A DNA stretch of 63,577 nt, counting the filler, from Octopus bimaculoides (Eukaryota): the NCBI RefSeq assembly GCF_001194135.2. It is 4 parts of 4 records of this genome, joined end to end, with 100 filler letters (N's around TTAATTAATTAA, not from the genome) between each part and the next. Parts side by side here need not be neighbours in the genome. Positions count along the whole stretch, not along the records: positions 1 to 26,828 come from NC_069008.1; 3 more parts are not named here. One strand, 5' to 3'. Within the stretch, counting starts at the first letter, position 1, and every line of letters starts with the position of its first letter. A program made the position numbers and the translations under genes. This document shows, in pieces, positions 11,207-23,875 of this stretch. The notes beneath the pieces are model-generated. The model had not been told where the DNA came from, did not search any database, and saw only the letters and a list, made by a program, of their open reading frames with translations.

Positions 11207-11434
11207 TTGGGTTGTCCGGAAAGTTCGTGCCGATTTTTAAATGAAAGAAAAAGGTCAATAAATACTTGCCATTACATTTTTAATCAACCAAATATGAACC
11301 ATTTTGTTGCACAATGCATCTCCATCTTTCCTTTAACTTGAAAATACCCTCTCCCCAGAACTGAGGTGGTTTCATGGCAAATAAGTCGAAAGGTAAGCTA
11401 TGATAAATTGGCACGAACTTTCCGGACAACCCAA
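11207..11434 (-). mobile_element. Internally deleted mariner (228 bp) with TA target duplication
   Basis: TIR ttgggttgtccggaaagttcgtgcc(g/a)attt at both ends, TA at 11205-06 and 11435-36. Retains the transposase C-terminus FWGEGIFKLKERWRCIVQQNGSYLVD*. Confidence 0.92.
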
Positions 11435-11556
11435 TAGATACATATAGATATACATAAACAATATATATATATATATACATATAGATATACGTGTAATGTA
11501 AAGAAATAAATGGTAAACATTGGTGTAAAGGAATAAAATGTGGTTTTAATTCTTAC

Positions 11557-13103
11557 CTCTCTTGCAACCGCCCCGAAGTCAAACTAGTTTCCTTAAGAAC
11601 TGTCTGACATTTGCACTTTGAACGCGTCTTTATCTTCTGTTTTTGGTAAACTCCAGTTAGGCAGGGCACTATCGGTGCTTTCATGCAGTTTACGGATGCC
11701 TCCGAGCTCTGAGAGGCCGACGGACTGATTTCGACCTTTTCTGGGCTATTGTTCTCCGCATCTGAGCGTTCCCGTTCAGAACGGGCATCTACATCCGAAC
11801 GCAGCATGTCGAAGTCATCGCTGTGAAAACTCTCGATGCGAGCGAGCGGACTCCGTAAGAATTGTTTGTTTGGTGTGATAGGAGTTTTTAATGAGGCGGA
11901 AGAACCTGTCCGCTTTTGAGACTTCACAGAGCCCGAGGAGTGCCGTAACAGCCCCGAGTGCGGCAAGCGTCGAGGGGAGTTCTCTTTTAAAACCTTAAGA
12001 ATAATTGATTCGTTGTCATCGTCTTCATCGTGTTCTTGCAATTCCGAAAATACTGTATCATCCGGCGTATGATCGGGTGGAGAGTTCTTGTTATCCAAAA
12101 AGCTTCCTGGAACCGTTAAACGAGTCCGGGAAGTTCGTTTGGCGCTGCTTCCAACGCTAATGCAAAGACCACTTGATGACGCAACATTAACTGGTTCGGC
12201 GAGTAGGTGTGACGTACTGTCAATTTTCTCTTCTGGCTCATCATTGTCTGTTAACTTAAGATCATTAATTCCTTGCTCTATTCGTTTCTCGCTATCTGTC
12301 CTAGGCAAATTGCTATTGTTGTGTTTGCATTTTTCTAGCTTCTCGTCATCAGAGAGATTAGCATAGTTATTAGCTGGGATAGACTCAACGAAAGATTCGG
12401 AAGAACCCGAATTGTCGTTGGGTCCCAATAGCTTTGGTTGTGATGATGATGAAGATGAAGATGATCCCTTGTGTTTGGGTATTGCCCCTGATAAGCGAGA
12501 ATCAACTGGCAACAAGAAATTGTTCGTTAACAGTTTTTGTTTGGGTTTGACAATGATATTGTTCAAAACCCTTACTGGGGGTTTGTCTATAAGAGAAATT
12601 TTGGGGACGCTTGGTTCCAGCACTGAAGAATCCAAATTCTGTTCATTTTCTTCTTGTAAAAGGGGTATATTAGACGATGATCCTTCGTTGCTCTCGTGAA
12701 AATTTGTCGTCGAGCAAGGATTGGAATTGTCAGCAAAGTGCACCTCAACCGTTGTGAGGGGCCCATTTGGACTATGAGGTTCGATCTGCAGTTGTTTCAC
12801 AGACGGCTTGTAACATCCCTGTATAGTTAGGCGTGCAGGTCGCGTTACGGGGCTTTGTCGTGGTGTGAGATCAACCTGTTCCTCATCAGCGACTTCAACT
12901 GTCGCAGTTTGTAAAGAAAGACTAGTGCGCTTATCATGTGGGCCACATGATCTGGAACGGCGCTGAGAAGCTCGAGATTTTGCAGTTTCAACCGGTAACT
13001 TGTCCTTCCCATTAACTGGAGAATGAATGGGACTGCTTTCGTTGAGTCTTCCGGGATCGGGACTCTGAGATCTAGCTCTCTCACTGCTAGGGGTAGACCG
13101 GTC
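11557..13103 (-). CDS. Large 1547-nt coding exon (phase 0 to 2) of gene A; Ser/Pro/acidic-rich, probably disordered
   Basis: About 515 uninterrupted non-repetitive codons (DRSTPSSERARSQSP...TSGRLQE). Acceptor tatttcttcag, donor AG|gtaaga. The ORF-track start Met at 13169 is intronic. Confidence 0.92.
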
Positions 13104-13255
13104 CTGAAGAAATAAATACATAAGAATTAGATAAATAAATACGTAAAAAAAAAAATTAAAGAAATACAATACACTTTAGAAAAAAATAAAGATCTAACAA
13201 ACGAGTAAAAGTAACATATATTTAAGAGCAAAACAAGGAAAAGCAAACAGCGAAA

Positions 13256-13313
<58 letters not shown>

Positions 13314-13321
13314 TGATGATG

Positions 13322-13353
<32 letters not shown>

Positions 13354-13663
13354 GATGACAATAATAATAGTAATAATGATGATGATGATGACGATGATGA
13401 TAACTATAACAATGATAATAAGGAAAATAATAATTCTTTCTATTAAAGGCACAATGCCTGCAATCTTTTATGGAAGGGGATTAGTTGATTAAATTGACCC
13501 CAGTACTCAACTGTTACTCATTTTATTGACCCCCCCCCCCTACAAAAAGGTGAAAGCAAAGTCGACTCTGACAGAATTTTGCTAAGCATTTCATCTAGGG
13601 AGCTAATGATTCTCTCAACTCTCCACCTTAACGATGATGATGACGATGACGATGGCGATGATA

Positions 13664-13714
<51 letters not shown>

Positions 13715-13725
13715 ATGATGATGAA

Positions 13726-13990
13726 TTATCCAAATACGAGGATCTTGAGATTGAAATATTCAAGATGTGGAGCATGCAGGTGAAAGACATTGCCAACAGA
13801 AATTGGAACATTAGGTATGATTAAAAAAAAGAGAACTATGAAAAGAAACATAAAAGCCATACTGCACCTCACAGGACTAAATACACCCATCCGCCACCAA
13901 AAAAAGACCCCCAAAAATGCAGATATACAAGGAACAGCCCATATCTTGCACCAAACCCTATCAATTCAATTGAATAGCTCAAACAGAACA
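13726..13990 (+). mobile_element. Decayed 3' fragment of an RLE-type (R4/Dong-like) LINE
   Basis: LSKYEDLEIEIFKMW and QGTAHIL match the copy at 41545-41932. Starts directly after a (GAT)n array. Confidence 0.75.
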
Positions 13991-14077
13991 ATCGTCACAT
14001 ACAATGCACACCCTATACATTAAGCACTTAATAATCTGAAACAACACAATTTAGCAATATATACTATACAAGATTAA

Positions 14078-14366
14078 CCCATTACCTCCCATAATTCTAT
14101 TAACTGGAAATTTTTATGAAACTTTGATTTCTAGCATAAAACAGCCTTAGAAACATGCTGGAATGATCAAAATAACATTTCCAAATAACATTTTAAATAG
14201 AAATAAGCGAGTTGTTGGGTGAAAAATTAGCAAACCTTATTTGAATATCAGAGAAATATACCTAGTAGATATAGCAAAAAGGTTAGATATGTGTAAATAT
14301 TGACAGATAATTACGAAATTTGTAATTTTTAAGTGATCTTATATGAGATCACTGGTAGGTAATGGG
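14078..14366. mobile_element. Non-autonomous piggyBac-like element (289 bp)
   Basis: TTAA|cccattacct...aggtaatggg|TTAA: TTAA duplication and CCC...GGG inverted ends. Confidence 0.8.
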
Positions 14367-14595
14367 TTAAGGCCCAATTAAATAATAGCTCAACCCAAAT
14401 TAGATGCACCACACACCATAGGACGTATATTAATATAACAAGGAAATAAAAACTAAACTGCATTACAAAACTAAGTGGGGAAGTAAACAACCGGGAAGAG
14501 TCTACACTCTTCTAAGCCCCATAAAAATAACGCAATGCTACACACAGCTCAGGAACATGAAGATGTATCAGGTGATGCAGGAGAAAACTGATATG

Positions 14596-14956
14596 AAACT
14601 GGGCACTCAGAGAGCACAAACCTCCGCCAAGGCAACATCATTGATGTCTTAGCCAGAGATGATTTTTAAAAGGAGAATATCTGAAATAAACTCGACTGCT
14701 CTCACAAATGAGAATACTAAAAATGAACTTGAGCGCTCTTAAAAATTAAGTAAAAAAACAGGAAAAATTAATCCAGAATCCTTGTCTGGTACCAGATAAA
14801 TCCCAAAATGTAATCAGTTTGTGCCAGTCACAAGGCCAAACATCCCTGAAATTTTCATCCGAATCCATCCAGCGGTTCTTGAGATATCTTGTTCACGGAC
14901 AAACAAACAAACACAACTGAAAACAATATCACCGCCCTCGCTGAGGCGGTGGTAAT
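14596..14956 (+). mobile_element. Helentron-associated (HINE/DINE-1-like) non-autonomous element
   Basis: 5' subterminal acctccgccaaggc, internal (acaa)n run, 3' GC-rich stem-loop accgccctcgctgaggcggt followed by ggtaat. This architecture is typical of HINEs. Confidence 0.6.
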
Positions 14957-15491
14957 AATAACCCTTTCTGCTATAGGCACAAGGCCTAAAATTTGTGAGG
15001 GGGGGGGGAACTAATCGATTACATCAACCCCAGTGTGTAACTGGTACTTATTTCATCGATTCTGAAAGATGAAAGGGAAAGTCAACCTTGGCGGGATTTG
15101 AACCGAGAACGTGAAGACAGATGAAANNNNNNNNNNNNNNNNNNNNNNNNNNNNNNNNNNNNNNNNNNNNNNNNNNNNNNNNNNNNNNNNNNNNNNNNNN
15201 NNNNNNNNNNNNNNNNNNNNNNNNNNNNNNNNNNNNNNNNNNNNNNNNNNNNNNNNNNNNNNNNNNNNNNNNNNNNNNNNNNNNNNNNNNNNNNNNNNNN
15301 NNNNNNNNNNNNNNNNNNNNNNNNNNNNNNNNNNNNNNNNNNNNNNNNNNNNNNNNNNNNNNNNNNNNNNNNNNNNNNNNNNNNNNNNNNNNNNNNNNNN
15401 NNNNNNNNNNNNNNNNNNNNNNNNNNNNNNNNNNNNNNNNNNNNNNNNNNNNNNNNNNNNNNNNNNNNNNNNNNNNNNNNNNNNNNNNNNN

Positions 15492-15543
15492 CAAAGCCTT
15501 GTGAGTGGATTTGGTAGACGGAAACTAAAAGAAGCCTGTTGTA

Positions 15544-15596
<53 letters not shown>

Positions 15597-15800
15597 ATAT
15601 GTTTGTGTGTCTGTGTTTGTCCCCCTAACATCACTTGACAACCGATGCTGGTGTGTTTACGTCCCTGTAACTTAGCAGTTCGGCAAAAGAGACTGATAGA
15701 ATAAGTACTAGGCATCCAAAGAATAAGTCCTGGGGTCGATTTGCTCTACTAAAGGCGGTGCTCCTGAAACAAGTGAAAGAGTAAAAGAGTAAAAGAGCTG
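15492..15800 (+). mobile_element. Family C SINE with internal microsatellite, 5' end in gap
   Basis: aaagccttgtgagtggatttggtagacggaaact...gatagaataagtactagg...ggcggtgctcc, shared with 24712-25025, 32088-32453, 36265-36790 and 46550-46975. Confidence 0.85.
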
Positions 15801-16119
15801 TATTTTACTTTATTCTATGTGAAATTCAATATTTCACGTTATCCTAAAGAACATCTTTAAAAGTACCACAAGTTAAATTTATTTAGGCCTATTACAAATT
15901 TCAATCAGTAAAACTTCCAGATATGAATAAAAGAGCACTTTTATAATCCAGGCAACCTTAAAAGACAAACATGAAACCATCGATCAGTTCAAAATAATCA
16001 AGCTGGGTGCCAAAGTTCACGTTCAATGGATATCATAGACAATCCACAAGGTCTGGTACACGTTATATGCCCCTTTGTTAGAGCGCTGAATACAGTGGTA
16101 TTTGCCTTGACAGGTCTTG

Positions 16120-16216
16120 ATGATGGTGGTGCTGAAGACAATGGTGGCAGTGGTGATAATGATGATGATGATGATGATGATGATGAAGATGATGGTGGTG
16201 GTGATGATGAAGGCAT

Positions 16217-16247
<31 letters not shown>

Positions 16248-16699
16248 GGTGGTGGTGGTGGTAATGGTGATGATACATAACTGACCAAATCCTCTTTTGG
16301 CTGTCCGGTCTTGGCAAAGTTCAGGTTTTCCAAAGTTTATTTTTCTTTTAGTATTTTTTTTTTTTTTAATGTTTGTTTCTTTGTTAGACAGGAGATTCAC
16401 AACCATTATATTATTCAACCATGAAAAATGATGATGATGGGTGGTGGCGGTGGTGATGATGAAGATGATGATGATGGTAGTTGTGATGACGATGATGAGG
16501 ATGATGCTGATGATGATGATGATGCTGCTGCTGATGATGATGATGATGATGATGATGATAATGATGGTAGTTATGGTGATGATGATGATGATGATGGTAG
16601 TTGTGATGACGATGATGAGGATGACGGTGATGGTGATGATGATGATGATGATGGTAGTTATGATGTTGTTGGTAGTTACGATGATGATGATGATCATAG

Positions 16700-16745
<46 letters not shown>

Positions 16746-16760
16746 GGTGGTGATGGTGAG
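16120..16760. repeat. Compound (GAT)n/(GGT)n low-complexity tracts
   Basis: Seen directly. Includes a duplicated block gatgatgatggtagttgtgatgacgatgatgaggatga. Confidence 0.9.
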
Positions 16761-17904
16761 ACACAGTTGATATGACTTTTGTGGCTGTTCAGTCCAAGCC
16801 AATTCCTCGTGTATTCACAGACACATGAGTCCGGTTGGTAACCTAGCAATGTCCTCACGTCCACTGACACCAATAAAACACAACAGCACTTTGAGAATTG
16901 ACATGGAAAGAGGTCTCTGGCCCCAAAATGGCAACAACCATCTGTAACAGATTGGTTCCCATTGGCAGAGAGATCAAGGCAAAGCATCTCGTTATAATTA
17001 TCTTTCCTTTGATCTTTGATTTATTTCAGCCACTGGACTGTGGCCATACTGGGGCATGGACATGAAGGACTTTAGTCAAACAAATTGGTCTCAAGACTTC
17101 TTTTTTTTTTTTTTTTTTGAAATCTGGTACTTATTCTATCTGTCTCTTTTGCCAAGCTACTGAATTACAGGGATATAAACAAACTAACACCAATTTTTTT
17201 ATGTCAACGTATATATCACAGGATTCTTTCAGTTTCCATCTACAAAATCTACTCAGAGGGCTATTGTATAAAAAGACTCTTGCTCAAGGTGCCATGCCGT
17301 GAGACTGAACCTGAAGACATGGGATTGTGAACCACACACCCATGGCTGTATTAATAGATTAGAAAATATGATAACCTCAGTACTTTGCAAATATAAAGCT
17401 CAATTACCATATTTTAATGAATATAAGGAACCCTTTTTTGTCAAAACTTAGGTTAAAAAATATGGGAGTTTCTTATACATGGATAGTATTATAGATATTA
17501 ATAAATTACTTAATTCCTTGGACCTCAAATCTCCAAATTAGGGGGTTCCTTATACACAAGGGTCCCGTATACACATTGTCTCTTTAGTTGTCAAAGATGT
17601 TATGTCTGTATAATTAAATAAACCCCATTCTTCTAAGAGGCTTATTGCTACTCAGACCCCAGCATGATAAATTAAATCCTGCAATTAAACTCAGACTGGG
17701 GTTATTCAAATCAAATACCATTTCATGTAGACAACCGAAAGCTCTGAAGAAGAAATATTGCAGTCTCAAGAATCAACAGATGGAACTAACAGTTACTGAA
17801 TTATATTCAAGTTTCCAATATCTGAATTATTAAAACACACACACATACACACACATGTTTTCAGTTACAAGAATACAATGCAAAAGGGGTGCTCAATAAA
17901 TATT

Positions 17905-18316
17905 GCAAATGTTATGGTACTTGTCATTGGCTGAGTTCCTTTCGAGGTGGTTGAGTTCCTTTCGAGCGTTGGGCCTCAAGGATGCAAAGTGGCCAAGTTC
18001 CTTTCGAGTGTTGGGTCTCACGGAGGTCACGACCGAGACCTTTGGCATTATGTCGTGCTTGAGAAGAAGACTCATCAAGCTGAGCGAAATCATAATCATG
18101 GCAGATACCGGTGTCACACAAATGGCACCCATGCCAGTGGCACCCATTACACTCTCAGAGTGGTTGGTGCTAGGAAGGGCATCCAGGCATAGAAAACCAT
18201 GCTAAATCAGACTGGAGCCTGGCTCTGCCTTCCAACATGCCAGCCCAGTCAAGCTGTCCAACCCATACCAGCATGGACAACAGACATTAAAGGATGACGA
18301 TGATGATGATGATGAT
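17905..18316 (+). mobile_element. GAT-tailed retroposon with triplicated agttcctttcgag motif
   Basis: Shares the gtggcac...taggaagggcatccag...ccagcatgga...(gat)n 3' region with 3839-4313. Confidence 0.75.
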
Positions 18317-18571
18317 TATTCCTGCTTTGTGCCACTGCAATTTTCATATACATACATATATACACTATACACTACACATACACACTCGCACATGTATATA
18401 TTATATAATATATACATACATACACACACACATATGTAACACACACACACACACAATGTATATATAAAGCAATAAAAAAAAAAAACTAGTAAATCCAACA
18501 AGTTGTTATTTTGAAATCAAATTATTTATTATTACCAAAAAATTCCAAACAAAATTCAAAAACATAATATG

Positions 18572-18672
<101 letters not shown>

Positions 18673-19580
18673 ATATATATATATGTAATAATAAAAAAAA
18701 AAGATAACCAACAACAAGTATAAAACAACTCAGTTATAGAGAATGTGTGTTTATATATATATTCTATAATACTTTCATTCTTTATTGGTTTCAGTCACTA
18801 AATTGAAACCAATTTTGGGTATCACTTTTAAAGTTAGAATCGATTTAATTAATAAAACCCAGTACAACTGGACCGGTACTTTAGTTAAGTGTCCCTGGAA
18901 GGATGAAAGGGTAAAAGACATCAGTGGACAGAATTTGAACTAAGAGTCTAAAGGATATGAGATGTTTTGGCTCTGCTGTTTTGGCTCTGCTGTTTTGGTT
19001 CTGCCATTTTGGCTCTGTCATTCTGGTGCTGCTTATTTGGCATCACTGATTGGATGCTGACACATTTTGCATCAGCCATTTCAATGTTTCTCTCTCTCTC
19101 TCTCACACGTTCTCCCTCTCTCTCTTTCTCTCTCTATCACTTTCTCACTCTCTCTCTCTCTCTGTTTGTGTATGTGTGTGTTTGTGTGTGTGTGTGTGTG
19201 TGTTTATGTGTGTAAGCACATCTATGTGCATGGAGAGAGGGAAAGTGTTTATGTTGATCATGTTCAATTAATAAATTTCAATATCTCTCTCTCTCTCTCT
19301 CTCTCATTTTCTCTCTCCCTCTCGTTTTCTCTCTCCCTCTCATTCTCTCTCTCTCCCTCTCTCTTTCTTTCCCCTCCCTCTCAGCTTACATGCGAGAACA
19401 TTTCTCTTTTTGTGTATAAGGAAAATTGTGCATATCATTTGTGTCTAATAAATATGTTGTAACCTATCTCTCTCTCTCTCCACCTCTCTCTCTCTCTCAT
19501 TCTCTCTCTCTCTCTCATTCTCTCTCTCTCTCTCTCATTCTCTCTCTCTCTTTCAATCTGTATGTATATATTCCTGCATG

Positions 19581-19618
<38 letters not shown>

Positions 19619-20193
19619 CATCTTTGGCACAAGCACCAGAAGGCACTGCCACCAAAACAGGCTGAAGCACCCTTGAGCCAAGCCAAACCACCAGCACCCA
19701 AACAGCTGAGCCCTATCATCTCATTCTGGAATCTAAAGACATATAACTAAATATCACAAGATTTATATAAATAGTTAGTCACACAAGTTCTGTCAATCTA
19801 CGATCATAGATGCACATACACAAATATGAATAACATGATTTTCCAATAAAATATATACGGGTGTTAAAATTAACATCTAGGAAAAAATGGTTTTCGTGGT
19901 TATAACGGTTAAAATGGGATTTAAGATAAGGATATAAGCTCTCAGGCTATTAACGTCATCTTCTTTGCTTCCTGTGTTCTTTTTTTTTGTTTTAGATTAA
20001 TTTCACTTTTATTTCTACATACTCCTACCGTGTACCAAGAACCTATTATTTCTCAATATCTACAAATATATACGAATGTATGTCTACCAGGTACTTGAGT
20101 ACTAATCAAATCCTTATACACTCTTACATACATACATATGTATATACATATACATATGGACGTGCAGGCAATATAAATTCTCTTGCTTTCTCT

Positions 20194-20203
20194 CTATCTA
20201 TCC

Positions 20204-20236
<33 letters not shown>

Positions 20237-20272
20237 ACAATTTAGCTATCCAGCTATCTATCTATCTCTCTC

Positions 20273-20356
<84 letters not shown>
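20194..20356. repeat. (ATCT)n tetranucleotide array running into a gap
   Basis: Seen directly. Confidence 0.95.
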
Positions 20357-21305
20357 NNNNNNNNNNNNNNNNNNNNNNNNNNNNNNNNNNNNNNNNNNNN
20401 NNNNNNNNNNNNNNNNNNNNNNNNNNNNNNNNNNNNNNNNNNNNNNNNNNNNNNNNNNNNNNNNNNNNNNNNNNNNNNNNNNNNNNNNNNNNNNNNNNNN
20501 NNNNNNNNNNNNNNNNNNNNNNNNNNNNNNNNNNNNNNNNNNNNNNNNNNNNNNNNNNNNNNNNNNNNNNNNNNNNNNNNNNNNNNNNNNNNNNNNNNNN
20601 NNNNNNNNNNNNNNNNNNNNNNNNNNNNNNNNNNNNNNNNNNNNNNNNNNNNNNNNNNNNNNNNNNNNNNNNNNNNNNNNNNNNNNNNNNNNNNNNNNNN
20701 NNNNNNNNNNNNNNNNNNNNNNNNNNNNNNNNNNNNNNNNNNNNNNNNNNNNNNNNNNNNNNNNNNNNNNNNNNNNNNNNNNNNNNNNNNNNNNNNNNNN
20801 NNNNNNNNNNNNNNNNNNNNNNNNNNNNNNNNNNNNNNNNNNNNNNNNNNNNNNNNNNNNNNNNNNNNNNNNNNNNNNNNNNNNNNNNNNNNNNNNNNNN
20901 NNNNNNNNNNNNNNNNNNNNNNNNNNNNNNNNNNNNNNNNNNNNNNNNNNNNNNNNNNNNNNNNNNNNNNNNNNNNNNNNNNNNNNNNNNNNNNNNNNNN
21001 NNNNNNNNNNNNNNNNNNNNNNNNNNNNNNNNNNNNNNNNNNNNNNNNNNNNNNNNNNNNNNNNNNNNNNNNNNNNNNNNNNNNNNNNNNNNNNNNNNNN
21101 NNNNNNNNNNNNNNNNNNNNNNNNNNNNNNNNNNNNNNNNNNNNNNNNNNNNNNNNNNNNNNNNNNNNNNNNNNNNNNNNNNNNNNNNNNNNNNNNNNNN
21201 NNNNNNNNNNNNNNNNNNNNNNNNNNNNNNNNNNNNNNNNNNNNNNNNNNNNNNNNNNNNNNNNNNNNNNNNNNNNNNNNNNNNNNNNNNNNNNNNNNNN
21301 NNNNN

Positions 21306-21376
<71 letters not shown>

Positions 21377-22401
21377 CATACATGCATACATATATATATA
21401 TATATATATACCTACACAACAAGGCGATGTGTTTAAAAAGTTTGAAAACTAGTGAAGTTTTAAAGTGTTTAGATACAAGGGAAACTAGTAATTAATGTAA
21501 GTAATTAACAAACTCTTTGCATTTTTAACAAGTTTTTAACAGTGACAGGCACAGAAACAGTGTCGGAGGTGAAAATATGAATGTTATAAATTCTAGTGTT
21601 ATATTTCGGGCTGGAAGCAACTGGATTAATAGATATATTGGTTCGGCTATCACAGTATTGTTCCATATAAGAATACAGACACGAAGTTGGGTATTTGTAT
21701 ATATAGCAGTATATATGTATATAGAATATATACAGTGTACTATATAGACATATAAATGGGTGCACAATGCATTTCAGCATAAGTGTGTGTGTGCATGTAG
21801 TGATATATAATTGTGTGTGTGTGTGTGTGTGTGTGTATACATACACACACATATATATATACATATATATACAAATATATTCATATATGTGAATGTGTGC
21901 ATGTGTGTATATGCCTGTGTGTGAGTATACATATGCAACTATATATATATACACATACATACATGTATATATATATTATACACACACTAAAATTCTCTTT
22001 GGCATTGGTAACAAATGTATAATATACCTATATGTATATACATACATATATATACATAAATACATATACTTCCACACAAACATATTTATACATGTGGCCA
22101 TAGAAGAACAAGAAACAGCAATTTAATTAATTTATTCTCATGTTAAGTCTGTTGTAATTTGACTAATTACTATATTTTAATTCATATGTTAATTTACAAC
22201 ATATTTAATGCATTTGATTACATCAACCCCAATATATAACTGCTATTAATTTTATCCTAACTCTTTCATTGAGGTCCCCCCCCCCCACACAAAACTGAAT
22301 AACACATGATATATTAGTGGGACGCCCTACCGATTCTGCCACCTATTGTCCTAATAAAGATTCCTATCAGAGGAGATATAAGGACAGAAAATAAGTTTTA
22401 C

Positions 22402-22469
22402 CTTTTTTGGTAACTGGAATGGAAGGGAACGATATGGTCCAAATTTAAACTGAGATCGTGGAAGAGTTG
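22402..22469 (-). CDS. 3' part of a probable coding exon of gene A (5' part in N gap)
   Basis: Non-repetitive sequence ending AAAAAG|gtaaaa. The phase-0 reading TLPRSQFKFGPYRSLPFQLPKK would splice in frame to 13103. A phase-2 reading (QLFHDLSLNLDHIVPFHSSYQKR) is also open. Confidence 0.55.
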
Positions 22470-23632
22470 NNNNNNNNNNNNNNNNNNNNNNNNNNNNNNN
22501 NNNNNNNNNNNNNNNNNNNNNNNNNNNNNNNNNNNNNNNNNNNNNNNNNNNNNNNNNNNNNNNNNNNNNNNNNNNNNNNNNNNNNNNNNNNNNNNNNNNN
22601 NNNNNNNNNNNNNNNNNNNNNNNNNNNNNNNNNNNNNNNNNNNNNNNNNNNNNNNNNNNNNNNNNNNNNNNNNNNNNNNNNNNNNNNNNNNNNNNNNNNN
22701 NNNNNNNNNNNNNNNNNNNNNNNNNNNNNNNNNNNNNNNNNNNNNNNNNNNNNNNNNNNNNNNNNNNNNNNNNNNNNNNNNNNNNNNNNNNNNNNNNNNN
22801 NNNNNNNNNNNNNNNNNNNNNNNNNNNNNNNNNNNNNNNNNNNNNNNNNNNNNNNNNNNNNNNNNNNNNNNNNNNNNNNNNNNNNNNNNNNNNNNNNNNN
22901 NNNNNNNNNNNNNNNNNNNNNNNNNNNNNNNNNNNNNNNNNNNNNNNNNNNNNNNNNNNNNNNNNNNNNNNNNNNNNNNNNNNNNNNNNNNNNNNNNNNN
23001 NNNNNNNNNNNNNNNNNNNNNNNNNNNNNNNNNNNNNNNNNNNNNNNNNNNNNNNNNNNNNNNNNNNNNNNNNNNNNNNNNNNNNNGGGTGGTTGAGATG
23101 ATAGTTGCTGTTGCTATAAGTGGTGATGGTGATGGAGTTAGTTGCGAGCAGAGCAGTGGAGGTGGTGGCGATGGTGGTACTTTTGGCAGTAGAGTGGGGG
23201 GGGGGTCGTGGCAGTGGTTGTGGTGGTGGTAGTGGTGGGTAGTTGACGGCATCAGAGGTGAGGTGGTCACGGTAGTGCAAGAGCTGGCTGTATTGTTTTG
23301 ATAACTCTGACACCTGTATTTATGATCGGAGGGTTCATGACAGTGGATCACAGTGGTAGGGTAATTCACAGTGGTGGCCATGGTGGGAAGGAAGGAAGGC
23401 ATGAACGGAGATGGAGAGGAATAATAATGCTAGAGGGAGAACAGTGGATGCAAGGTGGGGCAAATTATTTCTGGAAGAAGCGTAAAGTATAAAGTTTAAC
23501 AAACTGAATGAACTATTCTGCCCTCAATATATAACAGGTACTTTAATGTAATCAACCGCTTCCCCTGTTTTATTTTCTCCAAGGAGGAATGGAAGACTAA
23601 ATGAACTCAAAAAACATCACATCAGGAATACA

Positions 23633-23663
<31 letters not shown>

Positions 23664-23694
23664 GTAGCAGCCTATCTTACCCTATATGCTGCAT

Positions 23695-23875
23695 CAAGAT
23701 GGTACCATCACTACACAAGATGGTACCATCACTACACAAGATGGTACCAGCACTACACAAGATGGTACCAGCACGACACAAGATGGTACCATCACTACAC
23801 AAGATGGTACCATCACTACACAAGATGGTACCAGCACTACACAAGATGGTACCATCACTACACAAGATGGTACCA
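23695..23875. repeat. 21-bp minisatellite (CAAGATGGTACCATCACTACA)n, at least 8.6 units, continuing into a gap
   Basis: Units at 21-bp period with only T/G variants. Confidence 0.95.

Noticed and set aside
12088-13084. Plus-strand and alternate-frame ORFs overlapping the large exon
   Set aside because: Shadow ORFs of a long Ser-rich coding exon.
11557-13103. Assigning gene A exons to RALGAPB because both are on the minus strand
   Set aside because: No resemblance to the conserved RALGAPB C-terminal half as I recall it, and two artificial joins separate them.
15998-16802. Poly-Asp/His/Met/Ile ORFs, likewise at 8823-9180, 13222-13824, 30454-31440 and 48572-48973
   Set aside because: Translations of trinucleotide microsatellites open in several frames, with no splice or codon evidence.
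17931-18080. Minus-strand TTGATGAG...CTCGAAAGGAACTC as a hammerhead
   Set aside because: The first box is UUGAUGA, not CUGAUGA, no convincing stem II links the boxes, and it lies inside the GAT-tailed retroposon.
21505-21700. Protein-like frames on both strands (MEQYCDSRTNISINPV...)
   Set aside because: No convincing acceptor/donor pair; the listed ORFs extend mainly through microsatellites.
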